From NCBI GenBank assembly GCA_021432655.1, contig MU271450.1:1-54446 (forward strand): a stretch of 54,446 nucleotides of DNA, in the 5' to 3' direction. Below, piece by piece: positions 36,657 through 49,370 of the stretch (position 1 is the stretch's first letter; each line of letters opens with the position of its first letter). The position numbers were made by a program, and so were the translations under genes. The notes beneath the pieces are model-generated. The model searched no databases. It was not told where the DNA came from and saw nothing but the letters and a program-made list of their open reading frames with translations. This stretch comes from Atractiella rhizophila. Its lineage: Eukaryota.

Positions 36657-39600
36657 TAACCTCCTTCCATGTTCTTTGAAACGAATACTCTAAGTTTGAT
36701 GTTGAGGTACACATTTTGCCCAATGTGCTGTAAGAAGTTGCGGATTTGTTGGTCTGATAAGCTGTGCACTTCGAAGTTGGGCTGAAGCACACGATGTTGC
36801 TGAAGCATACTGAGCGACAGCGCTGCCTGTTCTTTGCATCGAGCTGTGGCCGCTTTTAATTCCCAACGTTGTTGAATTCCTAATCGGATGATAGACGGAC
36901 GATCGAAGTCTGGAACTGGCGGGATGAACTGTTCGACAACGGCACTGTTCCTGATGGCATGTGTGTTGTAGATGTAGAAATGAGTTCGTGGGTCAGAGGT
37001 GCGATGAGAGATGGCTTTCCGGGTTTTGAGTTGTGACCTGTCGCTCCTGGCGTACAAAGTCGGTGACATCATTGGTGCATCCTGCCAATCCGCAAGCATG
37101 TTGTACATTCACAATAGCTGATGGAATAGTATCATCCTTTAGAATCTCCATCAGCAATCTGCAGATCTTGAATGAGATACATACCCTGCTCCATGACAAT
37201 TCGGTGTCTTCTTGTGCTGGTTGCAGAAGTGGCATGCTGAACGTAGCATGCACACCAACAAAGTCCATTCGATGGCCAAACACCTTAACTGAACTAACAT
37301 CGCGGGGGGACGAGAGATAGTGTGGAGCATCTCTCGGATTTCGAAGATATAAGTGACCTGACATTGCACAGTTAACCACATTTGCAAGGTTAACACGTCA
37401 GAGGTCAGAGAATCAGAAGAGCTAAATCTCACACACACCTGGTCCGGAGCATTCACAAGAACAAAACTTCCATCTGTTGCGTCTTGAAACTGCGCAGGCG
37501 CGAATGAGAAAAGGCGTGGAACCTAACCCCATCTGGTGAAAGTGAAAGTTGAGGATGAATGCGGTATAGGAAGGATTCCTGGGCTGGTTTAACCCGTTTG
37601 TGGTTCAGCGCTAAAACCCATGATCCTGTGGACCAATGTCAGCATATGTGGAACTTAGAAAAGAAATTGGACCTTTCCCCGCTGGAAAAGAGGCGTGTGA
37701 GGGTGAGATATCAATTGTGAGACCGAAAAGACGTCTAACAGTGCTATCCTGGAGAATGCTGCACACTGTAGGAGAAGCGCAAACCCAATGGCCAGTAGAA
37801 ACATCCTTCCAGTAGCCGCCACTAAAGATGTGCCTGACCCAGTCGTATCCGCTGAAAGATCAAGTGATGCCTTTTCCTGGAGCTTGGCGGTTCGAGTGTC
37901 CACATTTCAGGCGCATCACTCCGTTGTAGCTTTTGATTTTCAGTGGCAAAGTTGATGAGAACCCCAAATTGCTTGACATTGTCGACAAGGTGAACAAGGA
38001 CGTGGAACTTGCACTTGTTGAACCATTGTGTCGCTAGTGACACTGTTGTGTTGGGGAAGTATTGGATCATGCTTTCCAATCATTCCTACACCAGTGTTTA
38101 GCTATCTGAGCACCACTGGCTTACCAATGACCAAAATATCATACAAGGTACTTAGCTTTGTCGGTAACCCTTGGCCGCCACACCAAGCTACCTAATCTGC
38201 CCAATGCAATCCATATCTAATCACTTGATCGAGTGCAAACGTAGCAACCTGGAATATTACATGGAAGTCGTTCCCGACCAAACTGTGAGCGTACTCAACG
38301 AGAGTCTCCCCACTTATTCGGAAGCTTTCCAAGCCAGATGTATTTAGTGCCTTGATCCGCTGGGCCACAAGTTTCTTCTGCTCAGTTGATAGCTGTTTGA
38401 TATTGTCTCGCCAGAAATACTTGACAAAACCAAGAAGAATGCCGTGGAGTATTTCGAATGGGGGATCAGGATGAAAATTGAAGTCAAACCCAACCAGTTG
38501 AAATGCCGGGTTATGAGTGAATCGGTTCTTCTGAAAGCTATCATAAGTCCTTCGAAGCTCTTCCTGCAGCTGGTCACTGTCACTTTGAAACCTTTTCGGA
38601 TGTCGAGAAGTTGGTCGATAAGAAATGCTGTAAAGGTATCTTTCACACCTGTTGACATTTGGAGGTCTGAGATGTAACTTTTAGGAAGAGTTGGATCAGC
38701 AGCAGCTCTGAGCATTTCCTCTAACACCTGGTATGTCTGGGTGGGATTGCGATGTTGGCCACACTGGGAGTGACTGTCAGTATGTCACAAATTTTGGAAG
38801 TGCCCAGACCTTCAGAAAATTTGCAACGTTCACTTCAGTATCTTCGCTGGCCTTTGATCGAGCTCCAACGTGACATGTTCGACAAAACTTCAGAATGGCA
38901 AGACCTCCAACAGAGCAGAATTCAAACGGTCGAGAATTTTTCTGCAGTCAACAATGAATCCCTTGATTTCTCTATCAAAGAGGACTTCATGACCACGGCC
39001 AACTATTTCACTGTTCTGCAAGATCCAACGAGATACAATGAAGTATCAGCCGCCCTCAAGTTCTGTAACTTCGTAGGTAAAGAAGAGAGAAGACCGGTAT
39101 TGAAAACAAGGTGTAAGCAGATGTGGATTGAGCTCTTCAAGCCATTTCTCTGCCTGGTAAATCTCTTGAAGTTGATTTGGAGTGTTTTCCGGGAGAAAAG
39201 TGAGGTGCTGGCAGATCAATGGATTGGCGATTGCCTGTTTTATTTCATAAGCAATGATGTCAACATCACAAATCAGCAATGGAACCAACCTCCGCAATCA
39301 TTGCCGGCAGATCGTTCAAGTAGACCAGATTCCCACGATGCCCTCGATATTCCTTTGTCTCAGCTCCTACACCAACTGCCCTCATCTTCTCTGCAAATAT
39401 CCTCATACTCCCCTTTGACGGTAGAGTTGCTTTTGGAGCATTCTCCATTCCCATTTCTGGTATCATTTTCCAGAGGACTGCTCGGAGAGGTTCTGAGATG
39501 TCGTTTCTCAAGAAGTTGAGCAGGATGTCACCATACATGTGCTGAATACATCCAGTCACAATGACATTCATAAATAATGGACCTTACAGACCGGTTTGTT

Positions 39601-40000
39601 TGGGTAAGGAAAGTACTCCTCCAACTCCTCAATGGCTGCACGAGTTGTCGGAGCATTATTTCCTGCTGTAGGATGCTTGAGCTCTCATCGGAAATACAAA
39701 TAACAGACATACCAAAAGAGATCGCCGTCCATGCAGGCACTGCCTCGAAATCAGCATCTTCGTCACTGCTCTGGCTGTCTAGGTTGTCCATTTGGTAATT
39801 AAAAGCTTCATCCCCATCTGATTCCTCCATAATATGGTGTCCGTGCTCCCACTCCTGATTTGCAACCTGCTCTTGCAGATGAAGTAGTATGAATCCCTCC
39901 ACCAGACCCTCATTGAAGTTGATGCCTAGCGCAGGATCTAGTTCTCCCGTTACCCAATCATCAGAATTGTCAATGAACTCTGATACAATCTCTCCAAGCT
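36657..40000 (-). mobile_element. Degenerate DNA-transposon transposase-like gene (basidiomycete CACTA/EnSpm-Plavaka-like family), frameshifted
   Basis: Minus-strand motifs across frames: GHRGNLVYLNDL; IANPLICQHLTFLPE..AEKWLEELNPHLLTP; DPPFEILHGILLGFVKYFWRD; WFNKCKFHVLVHLVDNVKQFGVLINFATE; SYNGVMRLKCGHSNRQAPG. The superfamily assignment is from motif recall only. Confidence 0.72.
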
Positions 40001-40007
40001 AAGTAAC

Positions 40008-40497
40008 TGTCAGGCTTGCCCCTACGCATTACCGAAATGTACCATTCGGAGTCACGTGACCTACTTCAGTACATTGTAGGATCAAGTGCCTACACGTCGC
40101 CGCTTTGCGCACGTTCGCGCTGACCGCCGCCTTCTCCCATCTCACTCGAATCGCCGCTCAGCAAACCTTATACATTTCGCCGGTCTGCACGGTCGCCATT
40201 ATTGCCTTGTTATCTTTTCTCACTTGTACTGCTCAGTATATCTTATTTCCGAGTACTCCCTTTATTGCTTTCCTGATCTAGCTATCTTACATGTTTCAAG
40301 AAACTTATGTTACAGTTTATGGCAGTGCCTTGGCATATGTATATATACATTGAGATGTAGTGGTGGTGACCTCAGAGTATTCTCTTAGGTTTACCTCCAC
40401 TACAGGTTAGTCTTCTCATGCTATACGATTCACTTAGGTTTACCTCCACTACAGACGCATCGCCTATCGGCGACCGCACATAGTGTCAGCCCTAACA
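40008..40497 (+). repeat. 5' LTR (~490 bp)
   Basis: TGTCAGG...CCTAACA imperfect inverted termini, TATATATA at ~40340, internal direct repeat CTTAGGTTTACCTCCACTACAG x2, immediately upstream of gag. No second LTR confirms the ends. Confidence 0.75.
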
Positions 40498-40541
40498 GAA
40501 GAATACTCTCTTTACCTTTTCAGAACAGCAAAACTTAAAAA

Positions 40542-41852
40542 ATGTCGGAGGTTTGGGGAGACATGGAAACGCGCGAACCGCCGACGAGCGAAGAACGCAT
40601 CCAGCACTTAGAAAGGATGTTCCAAACTCTACACCTCACAACTGAAAAGCAATTCAAAAAACTCGAACAAGACCTCATAACAAGCTTCAACCAACAAAAT
40701 GCGCAAACCTCCCAGAATGCGATCGAAATTGCGCAACTGAGGTCCGACGTCCAAAACACAAATGACCGAATTTTACAATTGCTAGATTCCAGACTACCTC
40801 CTCCTAGAGATAGTGGGACCACTTCCCCCTTTTTATCGCGAACAGATCCAACACCTCAGACTTACCCTTCTCCTTCTGTACCCCAAACTGTCCAAGTTGT
40901 ACCATATGCAGGTATCAAACTTGCCCCACCTTCAATTTTCAAAGGAGTACCCAACACAGCTCCGACATTTTTGCGCGAAATTTACGTCTACACGTCTACA
41001 GTTCCAAGCCAATTCCCGACCGAAAAATCGAAAATCCTATTTACCCTTTCTTACATGAAAGAAGGAGATGCGGAAAAATTCGCCGCTGGGATTTTGCGCC
41101 GACTTGTCGAAAATGAGGAACAAATTGCGTGGGAACAATTTTTGTCGGAGTTCAAGGCGCGTTTCTGCAAGACAGACCACAAGCTCATTGCACAGACAAA
41201 AATATCTTCCCTTCAACAAAAGGGTAACCTAGAAACCTACATCATCAAGTTTGAAGAATTGGCAAATCAAGCTGACTTTGATGATGAAGCCCTCATTTTT
41301 TTCTTCAAACGGGGACTCAATCCTGCCCTACACCTCAAAGTAACCCAAGGGGAGTTCTCAAAATCGCTGGAAGACTGGAAAGAAAAATCTCGGCGAATTG
41401 ATGCGGAAGAATCTGCTCATTCAACCTTCTTTCGAAACATCCCATCGGCGAAAGACAGACCACAAAATACATTTTCTGCAAAAAGGGACAGCTCAAAATC
41501 CTCAAAGCACAGAGAGAACAGAACCCCCGTATCGTATCGACCGAGCGCCGCCTTGTCACCGGTCGCCGATCCGTCACCCAACGCCGCTCCACACGCTCAT
41601 AGGGCCAAAGACCCCGATGACATGGAAGTCGACGCGACAAAGTCTAGACCTCCCCGTTGCAGGCGATGCCAAAAGATAGGACACCGGGAAAGGGACTGTA
41701 GAACGATTATGAACAAGGAGCAATATCTTCGGGCCCAAGGAGAATATTTTGATTCGAAAATGATGCACCAAGAACGACATTTCGGACAATTCGCCGACCG
41801 GTCGCCGAAAACGAGTGCTACCCAATCGAAAGATCTTGAGGAGGATTTTTAG
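40542..41852 (+). CDS. gag: Gag (retrotransposon capsid with CCHC zinc knuckle)
   Basis: 436-aa ORF with KILFTLSYM..W..F..EFKARF, LQQKGNLETYIIKFEELA and CRRCQKIGHRERDC. It ends in GAGGATTTTTAG, a typical gag-pol frameshift context. Confidence 0.92.
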   Translation: MSEVWGDMETREPPTSEERIQHLERMFQTLHLTTEKQFKKLEQDLITSFNQQNAQTSQNAIEIAQLRSDVQNTNDRILQLLDSRLPPPRDSGTTSPFLSRTDPTPQTYPSPSVPQTVQVVPYAGIKLAPPSIFKGVPNTAPTFLREIYVYTSTVPSQFPTEKSKILFTLSYMKEGDAEKFAAGILRRLVENEEQIAWEQFLSEFKARFCKTDHKLIAQTKISSLQQKGNLETYIIKFEELANQADFDDEALIFFFKRGLNPALHLKVTQGEFSKSLEDWKEKSRRIDAEESAHSTFFRNIPSAKDRPQNTFSAKRDSSKSSKHRENRTPVSYRPSAALSPVADPSPNAAPHAHRAKDPDDMEVDATKSRPPRCRRCQKIGHRERDCRTIMNKEQYLRAQGEYFDSKMMHQERHFGQFADRSPKTSATQSKDLEEDF

Positions 41853-41863
41853 GACGGCGGTGG

Positions 41864-44800
41864 GTGGAAGAAGTGTCCCCATCGCCGAATTGCAATTCAT
41901 TTACGTCACATAAAATCACTTCCAACAAAATGCCGCCCAGCACAGTATTCCCCCCACAAGAACAAGACTCCCCATTCCCGAAATTGCGTTTTCCCTCCTG
42001 GAGACAAAGATGCGCAGAAGTCGCAAAAATGTACGACAAAGTCCACCTACGCTCGACAACAGCATCCCTTGTCAGTTCGAAGACGAAGCTCAGAACCGCA
42101 TTCCACCATCCGCATTCCCATCGCCGACAGGCCACATCGGCGCTCGTCGACAGCGGCGCAACTACTTCTTTTATTTCTCAAAACTCGTTTCTGCATACAA
42201 CCTACCTGTCACTCAACTTCCTTCCCCAGTACCTGTTTATAACATCGACGGATCTCTCAATCAAGGTGGATCCATCCACTCTGTTACTTATTTGCCCATT
42301 TCGATCGCCGCTCACCATGAAGTTTGGCAATTCGCTGTAGCGGAGTTAGGGACTGTCGACATGATTTTAGGCCACGACTGGCTAAGACACCACAACCCAG
42401 AGATCAACTGGGACTCAGGGAAAGTTGAGTTCTCTCGTTGCCCTACCAGTTGCAATGCAGATGACGTGTCTACCACTCACGAAAAATTCCCGCCATCATC
42501 TACCTCGATACGAGCCGCTATGACAAAATCGCAGAAACTGGCGAAAGACGCAGCGGCGATGAGACCAAAAAATGTCGTCGAAATACCAACGCAAATCGCC
42601 GATTTTGCAGACATCTTCAACGACGAAAAATCCAAAACTTCTCTTCCTCCCCGACGTCCTTGGGATCACGCGATCAACCTCATACCCGAATCACGACCAT
42701 ACGTGGGCCCGGTCTACCCCTTGAAAAGAGACGAACAAGCGGCGCTCGACCAGTTCATTGACGCCGAACTAAGCGCCGGTCGTATACGTCCTAGCACAGG
42801 AGAACATGGAGCTTCTGTTTTTTTCACGCACAAAAAAGACTCCTCCAAACTTCGTCCCCTTTTCGATTATCGAAAGCTGAACGAAGCCACAGTCAAAGAC
42901 AAGACCCCACTCCCCATTCAAGCTGACCTCTTTTCCATGGTTTCTGGTAAGAAGTTTTTCAGCAAGATTGATCTGAGGAAAGGGTTGAACAACGTTCGTA
43001 TCAAAGAAGGAGACGAACACAAAGCGGCGTTTCACACAAATCGAGGACTTTTCGAACCATTGGTAATGTATTTCGGGCTCTGCAACTCACCGGCGACTTT
43101 CCAAGCTTTCCTGAACTCTATTTTCCGCGCGATGATCGCCGCTGCGTTCATCTTCATATACATTGACGACATCCTAATTGCGACAGAAACTGAAGAAGAA
43201 CACTGGGAACGCGTTCGAGAAGTTTGTCAAATTTTTAAAATGGGCTTTATGTTAACTTACAGAAATGTGTCTGGTGTCAAAGCGAAGTAGAGTATCTAGG
43301 ATTGATCATTACCAGCAGAGGGATCGAACCGGATCCAGTAAAGGTTGCAGGAGTGATGGATTGGCCGGAACCGAAAAACATGAAGGAAGTCCAAATGTTC
43401 CTTGGTTTCGCTAATTTCTATCGCCGCTTTTGCGACAGATTTAGTCACATCGCAAGACCTTTATATGAACTGACCAAAAAAGAGATTTCCTGGGTCTGGG
43501 GGGTAGATGAACGACATTCGTTCGCTGCTTTGAAGCAGCTCATGACTTCGGCGCCCGTTTTGGCACATCCCGAACAAATAGGACGATTTTTGCTCGAAGT
43601 CGATGCGTCAAATTTCGCGACAGGCGCCGTTTTGTCACAAATGAAACCAGATGGGAAGTTTCATCCTCTTGGTTTCGTATCAAAATCGCTTGACGCTGCC
43701 CAGAGGAACTATGACACCTACGACAAAGAAATGCTCGCGATTATGCGGGGACTGCAAGAATGGAGTCACCTTCTACAAGGTACTGATGAGCCATTTCTGA
43801 TCTTGACCGATCACAAAAACCTTGAGTATTTCAGAATGCCGCAGAAGTTGAATCGCCGACAGGCACGCTGGATCACTGAACTTGCATCTTTCAACTTCAC
43901 ACTTTTACACCGTCCTGGGCGGAACTCCGCAAAACCAGATGCGCTCAGTCGGCGACCGGATCACAAACCGGCGACTTGCGACAACTTTGACGTAGTGTTA
44001 CTCCCAGAACGTTTTTTCAACACAGATCGTATCACGATCAACGCGACTGGGAGCGCGGTTGCGCTCACTAGACAAGTGTCGGAGTTGAGTATACTGGAAC
44101 GCGTGAAAAAGGTACCTGAACGAGAAGAACAAGTAGTCAAAGCCTTGAGAGAGATCCTAGACGAACCAGTCGACGCAATTCGCCGACGGGAGTGGCAAGA
44201 AGTCGATGGTGCTGTCTACTTTCGCGGAAAACTCTACATCCCCCGCGACGACGAAATTCGCCGCTCGATTTTGCAAGACCTACATGATTCGCAAATCGCT
44301 GGTCATCCAGGCGTAAAATCGACGACAGCTCTAGTAAAAAGGTACTATTGGTGGCCAGGTTTAGCGCACTACGTTCGCCGCTATGTCGGCGCCTGTCACA
44401 CTTGCCACAGAACGAAAAACTTTCCTTCCCCACCTGTCGGGTTTTTGCAACCAAATGACATCCCCACACGTCGCTGGCAAATTGTCAGCATGGATTTGGT
44501 TGGACCACTCCCAGAATCTGGGCGGTTCGACACGATTTTCGTCATAGTAGACAGACTCTCAAAACGCACCCATCTCATCCCCACCCATTCGACGATGGAT
44601 GCAGAAGGCCTTGCAAGACTCTTTCGCGATCACGTATGGAAGTTGCATGGACTTTTCGATGTCGCAATTTTCGATCGAGGCAAAGAGTTCGTGTCCAAAT
44701 TCACATCCGCGCTTTTTCGCCTATTAGGTATCAAAGGTTCACCATCGACAGCCTATCACCCGCAAAGTGATGGTCAGACTGAACGCATGAACCAAGAGGT

Positions 44801-45090
44801 TGAACAATATTTGCGCATTTTCTGCAATCACCTTCAAGATAATTGGGTGGAAGGACTTCCCAACGCAGAATTTGCGCTCAACAATCGCGTCAGTTCAGCG
44901 ACGGGCGTAACTCCATTTTCGCTCGATTGCGGTCAACATCCACGCATGGCCTTTGAACCCATCTCCGACGAGGACGTTCCCGCGGCGGCGCAATTCGTCG
45001 AAAAGATGCAAATCGCCGACCGGGAAGCACAAGCGGCACTCGAGCAAGCAGCAGATCTCATGGCAAAACATTATGACAGAAAACGCGCTG
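41864..45090 (+). pseudogene. pol: Pol polyprotein (protease, RT, RNase H, integrase) with frameshifts near 42180 and 43230
   Basis: ALVDSGATTSFIS; ILGHDWL..HNPEINW; FDYRKLN; YFGLCNSPATFQ; YIDDILI; FLGFANFYRRF; VDASNFATGAVL; TDHKNL; H..GHPG..CHTC; MDLVGPLP, DRGKEF, GQTERMNQ. Confidence 0.93.
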
Positions 45091-46625
45091 TATTGCATGT
45101 AACTGTGGAGATGACAAAAGCGAAACAAACTTGGAAGCAGGCATCGTGAATCAGCATCTGTGAAGGCAAACATCTCAAGAACCTGGAATGCTCATCATTT
45201 CACACCACCCATCAAATGAACCGGATTTCATTCCGGTTCTCTGGACAACAGAATCTGACCAGGACATGTTTCAAGTGCGCCGAAGCAAATCCTGTTGATT
45301 GTGCCATTTTGCAAAATCACAATCTGCAGACTTGAGCAAATTAGGTCGAAGATGGAGTGATGAGAAAACTCAACCAGAAAGCCTATTACGGACACACACC
45401 TCTGCTCCCCTTCCAACTTCCCATCTCCAGTGTAACAGCTTGTTTTGTTCAGTTAATGGATACTCAAATGATCATCCTATACTCTAAGATTCATCAGTTC
45501 TAGGCATGAGTCATAAGACGCACTTTTGAGCCCTCACACCTCCCCCACCATACACAATAGAATGAAATGTATTATACCATCATATCCCATATGCTTGCCC
45601 CTTTCTGAACCTGCAAGGAAATTTTATTCTGAAAGGGTTCAAAAATGCGTTTCGTACTGGACTCGAACCCTGACAACGGTCACAGTAGGGTTCAAGGGGC
45701 CATGCCCCTTGCAAGTGGGTGGGGGGCCTGAGGGACGAAGGCCGTTGACACACTTGTCAAGACCAAGATTTCAACATTTCAAGATTGGCAACCAAAGTTG
45801 TCGGAACCGGCTGAATCCTGACAAGTTTTCTCTTCCGCTGACGATGAAGTTTCTTGCAGTTTCTTCATTGCTCCCAGCATCCTGGCTGGACCTTCCTCAT
45901 GGCAATAAAAAGGACCAACATGTTCGTCTCTTCTCTCTCCTCTCTCCAAAACTCTAACTAATCAAATTATTAGTCCATTACCATGAGCCACGATGATGGG
46001 CTTGATTTTTCACAGGTGTTTGGTATGGAAGCCGCTTCACATTAATTCTATCTCTTCAGAACCTGTCCTCAAACCTTGGAGGGATAGGAGGTCATTTTGG
46101 CTTGCATGGATCATCGTCAGACTCAGATATCCATGCTGTCGACAGATCACGAGCTCGCGATCATTCTGACTTTGATCTAAGGCATCGACAACCTGTAGTG
46201 CTCTGCACTACAGGACCTCCCAGTCCAAACACTCGGAGTGGGCATGAGCTATCTTTGGAAGAACTCAACAAAGCCCTACTAAGGCTTATTGACAACAACC
46301 GGTTTCTGCAATGGTCGGATCTTGTAGGATTGACGGCTTTTGCTAGGATTAGTTCTTGTTCTACTATTCACCTGCAACCCTGAAGCATTAACCTTTATCG
46401 GCAGTACCACATTGCGATCCAGCTGACATCGATCTATGCCACCCAAGTGGGACTTCAGCGGCAGTTCGCAGACATTGCGAGACGAGACAACGAGTGCATT
46501 TCAAAAAAATCACAGCTAGGAGATTGACAAGCTGAGATTTGGGGCAAAATAATCCCGATATTGTTTCTCATCGTTCAGCAGGAGCAGTTCAATCACCGAT
46601 GATGCGACAGTCCGCTGAGGATGAT

Positions 46626-46871
46626 TTAAGTGGTGGCTGATCACATCTTCAGCGTCTATCATCAGAAGAGACAAGGCAAAACATACCAGCGATCAATCTA
46701 GTAACGACCTCTAACACAAGTTCCTCAGACAAAACTTGTTGCACCCCGTAGACCTCGATTTTGTACCCGCTCTCGGTTTTTTCCTTCGAAACGACGAATC
46801 AGATCTCTAAAGGAAAGACATTGGAAACATACCACAAATCGCCAGTGACCACTGTTGGAGGATGGCTCCAT
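46626..46871 (-). CDS. Microprotein family copy 15 (3 exons, 48 aa)
   Basis: Exons 46871-46833, 46783-46687, 46636-46626; both donors GTATGT; MEPSSNSGHWRFV|EKTESGYKIEVYGVQQVLSEELVLEVVTRLIA|ATT*. Confidence 0.87.
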
Positions 46872-48139
46872 GCTAGGACACGATGGTTAATGGGGGATAG
46901 GAATGATTGGTGTTCCAGTATGGCAGTATTGTTAGTGTTATGGTCGTTGAGGGTGTCCTTTTATCCCTGCCTGACGGACGACAATATCATTCGGTAGACG
47001 AATTGGTGTCGAATCATTTAACCAGAAGCTTATATGCCATCAACAAAGGAATCTATCACACTAATTTGTAGTTGCATACTCCTTCGCCCGCCCGACATAA
47101 ATTGTTGCTGCGCGCCAATATAGACGTATAAACGCCATCGGGGGCAGCGCTCGTCTCTCGTAGGCGACTACCACGAAGCAGGGTGGGCCAAGGTCCTTAT
47201 TAACCTGAACTAACTAATGAAGATGCAGCGGGCCTCGCCTCAACTTGCCAACATTGACATTCGAATGTGTAGCCCACCCTTGCCTAATATCTCTATCCTG
47301 CTCTGCGACAGCGTAAATTGCTCTCTCAGTAGGTTGAGTCGCCCGGAATGGATACCTTGAGTGAGGTACAAAATCGCACCAGGCAGTGCAGGCACACCCC
47401 AACAAGGAGTTTTCGCGATAGCGTCTTGGGGAAGCTAATCAATCTTGACGAGCAACGTTTGATCCAAAAAATCAGAAGATGAAACACCTGGGGTCTCCAA
47501 TTTGGAGACGGAACTGCATCAAAGCTAAACTATTTGGAAACAAAACTTGATCAAGGTCATCATCACCCCACCTTCAGTCTGACTGGACGTTGAAAGTGTT
47601 CAAGATGTTGAGAATGTTCAAATTATGAGCTTCTGCATGGAAATCAAACATGAAGCAACTATCTCCAATACCTCAAAAGCTACGAATTCGAAGCCGCGGG
47701 TCTAGCTGAAAATACGAGGTAGGCTGGACCTCTACGCTCCAGCAATCCTTCGAGCAGACGAAACCCCATGCAGCTGGAGCAAAGAATGTACGAACCCATG
47801 CCCCTTTCACCCAAGCAATTCAACCGATAGTCATCGAATCCCAATAAATACGCAGATAAGACTTCCTTTCGGGAGTTCACAGCCATCATTGGCTTCAGGG
47901 CTTTAGCGTTGCTTGCTCTTTCTCTTCTCCCTTCTGTTTGTGCTTGCTCCTTGTTAGTGATCTGATGTCTGATGAGTCAGTGCAGATAATTGGTTCCGTT
48001 GACCACCAAGATCACGCACCAATGGCTGGACGGGGAAGGGTTGGTGGTTTATTCTCGTTGAGGATGTCGATGAAGGGGTTTCCCTAAAGCTTCAGCACCG
48101 TCGGAGTCCTTTTTCTTAATTTCAGTCTCCTGTGAAGAG

Positions 48140-49370
48140 CTTCTTTTATTCCATTTTCCAACAATCAATCTACGGAAAACATCTGGCAACATCAGACAGC
48201 TTACACGCCCGCTTATCTGACGTTCCTCAAATCCAAACTCCAGCCGTTGGCTGGCCGACCTACGTTTTCCGTCTCCTCCTCTGTTCTTCAGCACCTGTCT
48301 TCAACTCCTCCGTCGAGGTCACTCGTACAATTGGCTAGGACGTCGTTTACAGCTTCCCCTTCGTCCTGGATCAGGTCCTGGATGACGTCTCCAGGCTCTC
48401 CCTTCCTTCTCACCTCTCCTCCAGTTTTCCGAAAGAGAGGGCCAAGCTCTCCGTTTTTACGAACGTTCCAACTTCCGCCTCTCATCCGCATCAACGAACG
48501 AACGAACGGACGACCACCTTTTCTACCCTCCTCTGCTCTCAAGCCCCTCCGTCTCCTCCAATTTCGGCCAAACCATGTAGGAGTGAAGCTAATAGGGAAG
48601 ACGTACTCCTTCCCGCCATTAAACCACTTTAATTGCTCAACCCAATCCCCAAACCTCGTCCTCTGGTCGTCCTCCGGTCGAACGACGCTTACCACGGCAA
48701 ATAACAAGGAGATGAAGAGAATGAAGGTGGGATAGCAACAGCGCCGATGAGAGGGCATATCAAAAGCGAGACTGAGGTCTATTGATGAGCACGAGTATGC
48801 GTCACTCGCCCCTATGGACGACCGCATGTTCCGAAGGGTTCGAACAGTACGGCTTTCTTGGCGGGAGAGGGAAAGGAGAAACTGTGTGTGACAAAGGTCA
48901 GCACGGTTAGCGGACTGTGGGGAAGCGGAGGGCATGAGTGCTGCAACACCTCCTTCAGACCTGTTTCGCACTTATTGAACCCTTTGGAACCCTTTACTCC
49001 CTTTTGAAAAGAGAGAAGGAGAACCGTGAGAAGGGCAGATAGACTCATGAAGTCGGAGATGTTGACTTTGAAACATGCTGATTGTTGGGATAACGAGGAT
49101 TCGAAAGACGTAATCGAGAATGTCGAGTCTGCGCCGGTTGTCGAGGCAGGACAGGAACCGAAGAGGATCCCTCAGAGGAGAAGGCTGGGCGGTCCATGCT
49201 GCACACCCCTGGCTTTGCTCATGGAGAAGACGGTTGATTGTCCAGGAATATGAAAGCAGTTTAGGCGGAGACAATTAAAGGGGAAATGGAGGACGCAGAT
49301 GCGGTGAGTATTTCCTAGCCGTGTCACGTAGAGTGGGCGTTCTTCGTCGAAGTTTTGCATTCTGTGTGAA
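48140..49370 (+). pseudogene. OGG1: Decayed OGG1 relic
   Basis: LAPMDDRMFR and QYGFLGGRGKG at ~48805-48880. 49180-49350 aligns with the OGG1 3' end (ATGGAGAAGACGGTTGATT..GGAGGACGCAGATGCGGTGAG). Confidence 0.68.

Larger units (their letters stand above)
40008..45090 (+). mobile_element. Ty3/Gypsy LTR retrotransposon, 3'-truncated (no 3' LTR seen)
   Basis: 5' LTR followed by gag and pol in PR-RT-RH-IN order. Homology stops after integrase KHYDRKR. Confidence 0.93.

Noticed and set aside
38752..39519. 255-aa plus-strand ORF
   Set aside because: It is an antisense shadow of the minus-strand transposase, whose motifs are recognisable.
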